Of a DNA stretch of 40,000 nucleotides, positions 34,488-40,000 are shown piece after piece; the first letter of the stretch is position 1, and each line of letters begins with the position of its first letter. The notes under the pieces are model-generated. The model made no database searches, was not told where the DNA came from, and saw nothing but the letters and a program-made list of their open reading frames with translations. The stretch lies in contig NZ_BAAAFA010000009.1 of NCBI RefSeq assembly GCF_039523295.1, positions 104,217 through 144,216 of the forward strand. Direction: 5' to 3'. Both the position numbers and the translations under genes were made by a program. This DNA is from Colwellia asteriadis. GTDB taxonomy: Bacteria; Pseudomonadota; Gammaproteobacteria; Enterobacterales; Alteromonadaceae.

Positions 34488-35768
34488 TTAATCATTTGTC
34501 TGACTAATAAAATGTTCAGGCATAACTCGCACCGTTTTAATTTTATTGTCGGCAACATCAATTATCTCAACAGGGTAGCCAGCTATACGTAGGCTAATAT
34601 TACTTTCAGGGATGTCTTCTAAGTATTCAACAATTAAACCGTTTAATGTTTTAGGTCCGTCGGTAGGTAACTTCCAAGACATTTCTTTATTAATATCGCG
34701 AATACTCGCACCACCATCAACTAAGTAGCTGCTATCTGGCTGTAAGGTAACAGCATCGCTTGGTGTGGGGGTCATTGTTGTTGTAAAATCACCCACTATT
34801 TCTTCAAGTATATCTTCAAGCGTTACTAAGCCTTGTATATCGCCATATTCATCTACAACTAAGCCTAAGCGCTCTTTCGCATGTTGAAATTTTAATAGTT
34901 GGATGTTGAGCGTTGTTCCTTCAGGAATAAAGTAAAGCTCACGTACTGCTCTAAGTAGTGTAGTTTTGTTAAATTGGTTTTTTGATAAAAGTTTTAAGGC
35001 ATCGCGAGCATGGATATAACCGACTACGTTATCAATTTTATCTCGATATAATAAAACACGGGTATGGGTTGCTTGCGTTAATTGTTTTTGAATTTTTTTC
35101 CAGTTGCCATTAACGTCAATACCCACTAACTCACTACGCGGTATCATAATATCTTCAACGGAAACTTTTTCTAAGTCTAAAATACTCACCAACATATCTT
35201 GGTCGCGTTTATGTAATAAAGCACCAGACTCATTTACTACCGTCCGTAACTCTTCACTACTTAAACTATGTTGCTCACGTTGCTCTGAGCTAACACCAAT
35301 AAGCATAAGTAAGCCGTTAGTTATCCAATTCAACATAATAACAAACGGGAAAAGTACCTTTAATAAAATAGATAAAATAACTGAACTTGGGAAGGCAACT
35401 TTTTCTGGGTAAAGGGCAGCGAGTGTTTTAGGGGTAACTTCAGCAAAAATTAAAATGATTAGTGTTAGGGCTATTGTGGCAACCAGCACACCCATATCAC
35501 CAAATAAACGCAAACCTATAATAGTGGCAATAGCAGAGGCAGCAATATTAACTAAGTTGTTACCAATTAAGATTAAACCTATAAGTCGATCAGGGCGGTT
35601 AAGTAGCTTACTAACGCGCTTGGCCCCTTTGTGTTTTTGCTTTTCAAGATGGCGAAGTCGATAGCGGTTGAGCGACATCATACCGGTTTCAGAACTTGAA
35701 AAATAAGCTGACATTAATACCAACATGCCTAGAATGATAAATAGTACTTCGGTGGATATACTGTCCAA
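34488..35768 (-). CDS. yfjD: HlyC/CorC-family transporter (DUF21-CBS pair-CorC_HlyC), YfjD-like
   Basis: N-terminus ..SAYFSSSETGMMSLNRYRLRHL.. and overall layout are collinear with E. coli YfjD. Sits next to ypjD/ffh as in E. coli. Confidence 0.8.
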   Translation of the reverse strand: MDSISTEVLFIILGMLVLMSAYFSSSETGMMSLNRYRLRHLEKQKHKGAKRVSKLLNRPDRLIGLILIGNNLVNIAASAIATIIGLRLFGDMGVLVATIALTLIILIFAEVTPKTLAALYPEKVAFPSSVILSILLKVLFPFVIMLNWITNGLLMLIGVSSEQREQHSLSSEELRTVVNESGALLHKRDQDMLVSILDLEKVSVEDIMIPRSELVGIDVNGNWKKIQKQLTQATHTRVLLYRDKIDNVVGYIHARDALKLLSKNQFNKTTLLRAVRELYFIPEGTTLNIQLLKFQHAKERLGLVVDEYGDIQGLVTLEDILEEIVGDFTTTMTPTPSDAVTLQPDSSYLVDGGASIRDINKEMSWKLPTDGPKTLNGLIVEYLEDIPESNISLRIAGYPVEIIDVADNKIKTVRVMPEHFISQTND

Positions 35769-35890
35769 GAAGGGGAATTCCTCTGTTTATATAAAGTTAA
35801 GCTAACGGAATATTCAACGTTAGCCCGCTATTTTAGCTTTTATTTAATGATGTCGCTACTGATGTTATGTAAAGGCGTATCTTAATAGAC

Positions 35891-36691
35891 TTATCTTAAG
35901 ATGAACTCTTTAACAAATCGGCTACCGAAGTAAGCTAAAGTAAGTAAACTACTTGCTGAAATCATCAATACTAATACGCGATGTCCGCGCCAACCTTTTC
36001 TAAAGTGACCCCAAACAATAACGCAGTATAAAGCAAAAGCCATTAACGATAACACGGTTTTATGGGCGTTTTCTTTAGCTAAGAAACCATCTAAAAAGAA
36101 AAAGCCAATTAACTCGCTAACAAATAATATGGCAGTACCTAAAGATAAAATATTAAACAGCTGACGTTCTACCTGCATTAAAGGCGGTAAATGAGCAACA
36201 GCCGTTAAGTTTTTACTTTTTAATTTTAGGTTAATGTAAGTCACTTGAAAGGTATATAAGGTTGCAATAATTAAAATACAATAGGCAATGAGAGCTAAAC
36301 CTATGTGGCTTAGCAATACAATTTTACCAACAACTAGCGGTATTGACTCAATCGGAGGAATAAAAATAACCGCTAATTGCCATAAACCAGTAAAGCCATA
36401 TATAACGGGTAATAATAAGTTCACTTTAAAGCGCAAGGCCACTAAGGTTACCGTAGTGGTTATAACCAAACTCACCAAAGAAATAACATTAGGTAGGCTG
36501 AAATTAATTGTGTCTTGAGCAAAAAGCAATTGCATATCATTTATTGCGTGAACAATAATAGCAACGGTTGCTAAGCCAAGCACTAAGGGGATATTTGGCC
36601 CTTTAGGGTGAAATAAACGCGATACTACCGCAAGCGTAGCAAGCATATAAGCAATAAAAGCGATGCTAGAGCCAATAACCAAAAAATTCAC
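35891..36691 (-). CDS. ypjD: Inner-membrane protein of the cytochrome c assembly (CcsA/YpjD-like) family
   Basis: About 8 TM segments, 266 aa, divergent from ffh exactly as E. coli ypjD. Confidence 0.7.
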   Translation of the reverse strand: MNFLVIGSSIAFIAYMLATLAVVSRLFHPKGPNIPLVLGLATVAIIVHAINDMQLLFAQDTINFSLPNVISLVSLVITTTVTLVALRFKVNLLLPVIYGFTGLWQLAVIFIPPIESIPLVVGKIVLLSHIGLALIAYCILIIATLYTFQVTYINLKLKSKNLTAVAHLPPLMQVERQLFNILSLGTAILFVSELIGFFFLDGFLAKENAHKTVLSLMAFALYCVIVWGHFRKGWRGHRVLVLMISASSLLTLAYFGSRFVKEFILR

Positions 36692-37052
36692 AAACAGTTC
36701 CTACAATATGAAATTTAAGTAAAAATATTCTATCAGATAATGATATTAGCGCCATGCCATTAAGCAATATCATTGACCTAGAATAATAAAGGTACCTTAG
36801 AGATTACGTATAAATAATGTGTATTAATAAGCTAAAACAGTATTAATTATCAATATCGTTTGATATTTGATGAGCATGCTGCATTTGCCTCGTAATATCA
36901 ATAGCGTATTGCGCTAAAATCAAATTAGTGGGTAAGTAAATGTATCGACCTCTATTACTCGTAGTGTAACCATGGCAGATGCTCGCATTTCAAGTTTAGT
37001 TGGGTATAATAGCGCTATAAATTTCGTCAATATTTCGTTGTTAGAGTAATTC

Positions 37053-38438
37053 ATGTTTGAGAATCTTTCCGATCGTTTAAGTAAATCGCTTAAAAATATT
37101 AGTGGCCGTGGCCGTTTAACCGAAGATAATATTAAAGATACCCTGCGTGAAGTACGTATGGCGTTACTTGAAGCTGACGTTGCTCTGCCGGTTATTCGTG
37201 AATTTGTTAAACAAGTTAAAGAAAAAGCTGTTGGTACCGATGTTTCTAAAAGCCTTACTCCAGGTCAAGTGTTTGTCAAAATAGTACAAAAAGAGCTTGA
37301 ATCTGCAATGGGTGAAGTTAACGAAGCACTTGATTTACGTGCAGCGCCACCAGCCGTTGTATTAATGGCTGGTTTACAAGGTGCTGGTAAAACTACCTCT
37401 GTTGCTAAGTTAGCTAAATTTTTAACTGAGCGTGAAAAGAAAAAAGTCTTAGTTGTGAGTGCCGATGTATATCGTCCTGCAGCTATTAAGCAGTTAGAAA
37501 CTCTAGCGAATGAAATTGACGTTGCTTTTTTCCCAAGTGATATTAAACAAAAGCCGATTGATATTGCTAATGCCGCTATAGATCACGCTAAGAAAAACTT
37601 CTTTGATGTATTAATTGTTGATACCGCCGGTCGCTTACATATTGACGAAGATATGATGGGGGAAATTCAAGAGCTGCACAGCGCCATTAACCCAATTGAG
37701 ACTTTGTTTACCGTTGATGCAATGACAGGTCAAGATGCTGCTAATACAGCTAAAGCATTTAATGATGCCTTGCCATTAACTGGGGTTATTTTAACAAAAA
37801 CTGATGGTGACGCTCGCGGTGGTGCTGCATTATCAATTCGTCATATTACTGGCAAGCCTATTAAGTTTATGGGTGTTGGTGAAAAAATTGAAGCATTAGA
37901 GCCATTTCACCCTGACCGTATTGCCTCTCGTATTTTAGGTATGGGCGATGTTTTATCGCTAGTTGAAGAAATTGAACAAAAAGTTGATCGCAAGCAAGCT
38001 GAAAAGTTAGCGAAAAAAGTTAAAAGTGGTAAAGGCTTTAGCTTAGAGGACTTTCGTGATCAACTCGTGCAAATGAAAAGCATGGGCGGCATGATGGGAC
38101 TTATGGACAAGTTACCAGGTATGGGGAATATGTCTGCGCAAGTAAAAGATCAAATGGATGATAAAATTACCGTACAAATGGAAGCTATTATTAATTCAAT
38201 GACACCAGGGGAACGAGAAAACCCTGATGTTATTAAAGGTTCGCGTAAGCGCCGTATTGCTGCTGGTTCAGGCACACAAATTCAAGATGTGAATAAGTTG
38301 CTAAAACAATTTAGTCAAATGCAAAAAATGATGAAGAAAATGTCTGGCAAAGGCGGTATGAAAAAAATGATGCGCTCTATGCAAGGTATGATGCCACCAG
38401 GCGGTATGGGCGGTGGTGGTGGCATGTTTGGCCGTTAA
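37053..38438 (+). CDS. ffh: Signal recognition particle protein Ffh
   Basis: GLQGAGKTT, DTAGR and TKTDGDARGG GTPase motifs, with a Met-rich M domain and GGMGGGGG tail. Confidence 0.95.
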   Translation: MFENLSDRLSKSLKNISGRGRLTEDNIKDTLREVRMALLEADVALPVIREFVKQVKEKAVGTDVSKSLTPGQVFVKIVQKELESAMGEVNEALDLRAAPPAVVLMAGLQGAGKTTSVAKLAKFLTEREKKKVLVVSADVYRPAAIKQLETLANEIDVAFFPSDIKQKPIDIANAAIDHAKKNFFDVLIVDTAGRLHIDEDMMGEIQELHSAINPIETLFTVDAMTGQDAANTAKAFNDALPLTGVILTKTDGDARGGAALSIRHITGKPIKFMGVGEKIEALEPFHPDRIASRILGMGDVLSLVEEIEQKVDRKQAEKLAKKVKSGKGFSLEDFRDQLVQMKSMGGMMGLMDKLPGMGNMSAQVKDQMDDKITVQMEAIINSMTPGERENPDVIKGSRKRRIAAGSGTQIQDVNKLLKQFSQMQKMMKKMSGKGGMKKMMRSMQGMMPPGGMGGGGGMFGR

Positions 38439-38508
38439 GACAATCGATGAAGTAGCTGTTAGTGTTGTCGGTTGTTCATCAATAAATCAGTACTTAGAAT
38501 TATAATAG

Positions 38509-38533
38509 AAAGTGGCTTAGGCCACTTTTTTTG
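38509..38533 (+). terminator. ffh rho-independent terminator
   Basis: AGTGGC (38511-38516), loop TTAG, GCCACT (38521-38526), then T6. Confidence 0.7.
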
Positions 38534-38910
38534 TCGGTAAAATATGGGTGACGATGCAATTGAATAAGACTCTATAGTTAGTGCTTTCTAGTTTGTTATG
38601 TCAGCATTATAAAGCTGAAGCACTAACAGTATTTACATGTGAACACTAAAAATTAATATAATCAGTGTTTTATGCGGTTTTTTTGGTTGGTGCAACTTTT
38701 GTGCTTCGTTCAGTATAACGTATATTATTAAACGTTATCTTTATGAGAATTATTTGCGTTTGTAATTAATTGTTACATCTTTATGATATCTATTCGTATT
38801 TGTGTTTAAGTTTGTGTAGTATGTGCATAATTAAAATTAACAAGAAAGGCTAAGCAATAAAGTCTTAATTAAATAACTACTTTATTTGTATAAGCAGAAC
38901 GGAGTAATAC

Positions 38911-40000
38911 ATGGAATTCAAAAGAAAAGCATTAGCTATTGCCGTAATGGTAGCCAGCTCAACATTAACAGCTTGTGGCGGTTCAAGCAGTGGTTCAAAA
39001 GACGACACTAGCACAACTCCAACTAATAGCGCGCCTACAGCAGTAACACTGTCAGCAAACACTGTTGATGAAAACGTAACCGGTGTTGAAGTCGGTACTT
39101 TAAGCGCGACCGATGCTAACGCAGGCGATACATTTACCTTCACTACAGATAACGAGTTATTCGCTATTGCTGGCGATAAGCTTAGCTTAAAAGATAGCAC
39201 TAGCTTTGATTTTGAAGCAACTGAAACTGTGGCTTTAAATGTAACAGTTACCGATAACGGTGGTTTAAGTCATACTCAAGCATTAACCATTACTGTAAAT
39301 GATTTATTAGACTTTTATGAATTTAAAAGCAAAGTTGATGACGCTACTATGTCAAGTGTTGCTTACGGCGGTCAAACTACACGTCATGCACTCATCGCTG
39401 AATTGAAACATTACATTGGCGCAAAGAGCTCATCAGGTGCTGGTTTAGCGTTTGACCTTGAACAAGGCATTTCTACTAAAGATGAAGTTATTGCTAAGTT
39501 GAACGGTTTTTATCATCGCGATCAAAATGCATGGGATAATTTTCCAATTACCTTTACCGATGCGAAGCAGGAATCATTTGCAGATCTTGGTAGCTACAAA
39601 TCACTTAAAGATAAAGTTGCAGGTAATGATGTTAAAGGCCAACACAAGTTTTGGAACGGTCAGGAAGATGAAGCGGGCCAGCTTATTGCTGGTTCTATTG
39701 AATTCTCAGGTTGGTCTAACTGGAAAAATGTTCCATCGGAAGAGCAAACACCTCATGGCTTAGTTCAATATTATTTTGAACAAATAGCTAACAATGCTAT
39801 GGAAAACCCAGGGGGGAAACGTTACGTACCAGGTGCAGAGCAAACCACAGAAAATGAAATTCCTGTTTATGTAAACTATGACGGTACTGATTTAAATCAA
39901 TTAATTCAAAAATTCTTATTAATGTCGATAGCATACTCGCAATCAGCTGATGATTATTTTGGTCATGAGACTGAAGGTAAAGGTTTTCTTACTGATAACG
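38911..40000 (+). CDS. Lipoprotein with N-terminal cadherin-like repeat and a C-terminal region resembling DUF4856-type proteins; 3' end beyond window
   Basis: ATG 38911 has GGAG 6 nt upstream. I translated the frame by hand and it stays open to base 40000. Lipobox LTAC. A cadherin-like repeat is present (..VDENVTGVEVGTLSATDANAGDTFTF...VTVTDNGGLSHTQALTITVND). The gene is absent from the ORF track because no stop codon falls in the window. Confidence 0.75.
   Translation, partial: MEFKRKALAIAVMVASSTLTACGGSSSGSKDDTSTTPTNSAPTAVTLSANTVDENVTGVEVGTLSATDANAGDTFTFTTDNELFAIAGDKLSLKDSTSFDFEATETVALNVTVTDNGGLSHTQALTITVNDLLDFYEFKSKVDDATMSSVAYGGQTTRHALIAELKHYIGAKSSSGAGLAFDLEQGISTKDEVIAKLNGFYHRDQNAWDNFPITFTDAKQESFADLGSYKSLKDKVAGNDVKGQHKFWNGQEDEAGQLIAGSIEFSGWSNWKNVPSEEQTPHGLVQYYFEQIANNAMENPGGKRYVPGAEQTTENEIPVYVNYDGTDLNQLIQKFLLMSIAYSQSADDYFGHETEGKGFLTDN

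Noticed and set aside
34410-34592. 60-aa plus-strand ORF.
   Set aside because: It starts inside the truncated MITE fragment and runs antisense into the yfjD 3' end. The translation looks like noise.
38877-39763. Track ORFs 38877-39200 (-) and 39527-39763 (+).
   Set aside because: Both overlap a much longer open frame (38911 to the window end) that has a good RBS, a lipobox and a recognisable cadherin-like repeat. They are off-frame or antisense artefacts.

Overview
This is an AT-rich gammaproteobacterial chromosome segment. By gene content and style it is probably a marine Alteromonadales (Colwellia-like) genome; that assignment is inference only. The backbone is housekeeping and partly keeps the enterobacterial order fldB-(xerD)-dsbC-recJ-prfB-lysS and yfjD-ypjD/ffh. 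It also carries yaaA, a porin, two TonB-dependent receptors, srmB, an NSS transporter, an RluA-family synthase, an M16 peptidase, gshA and an SLT-like lipoprotein. Several accessory or unexplained elements sit on this backbone. (1) A very AT-rich islet after lysS carries a translationally coupled 325-aa soluble protein plus a 159-aa four-TM protein that look like lambda RexA/RexB. (2) An 0.87-kb gene-free region after gshA holds five tandem ~170-bp units. Each has a conserved promoter-like element and a minus-strand-only intrinsic terminator, suggesting a multicopy sRNA array. (3) A ~200-bp MITE-like element is present in three full copies, each with terminal inverted repeats and a perfect 4-5 bp target-site duplication, plus solo ends. 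(4) A RimK-like ATP-grasp (RLAN) gene is coupled to a GNAT/C39-like peptidase fusion, inside a ~7-kb insertion that splits recJ from prfB. (5) Four DnaA boxes cluster in a convergent intergenic region. prfB carries the classical +1 programmed frameshift. A long open frame at the right edge, a cadherin-domain lipoprotein, is missing from the ORF track.
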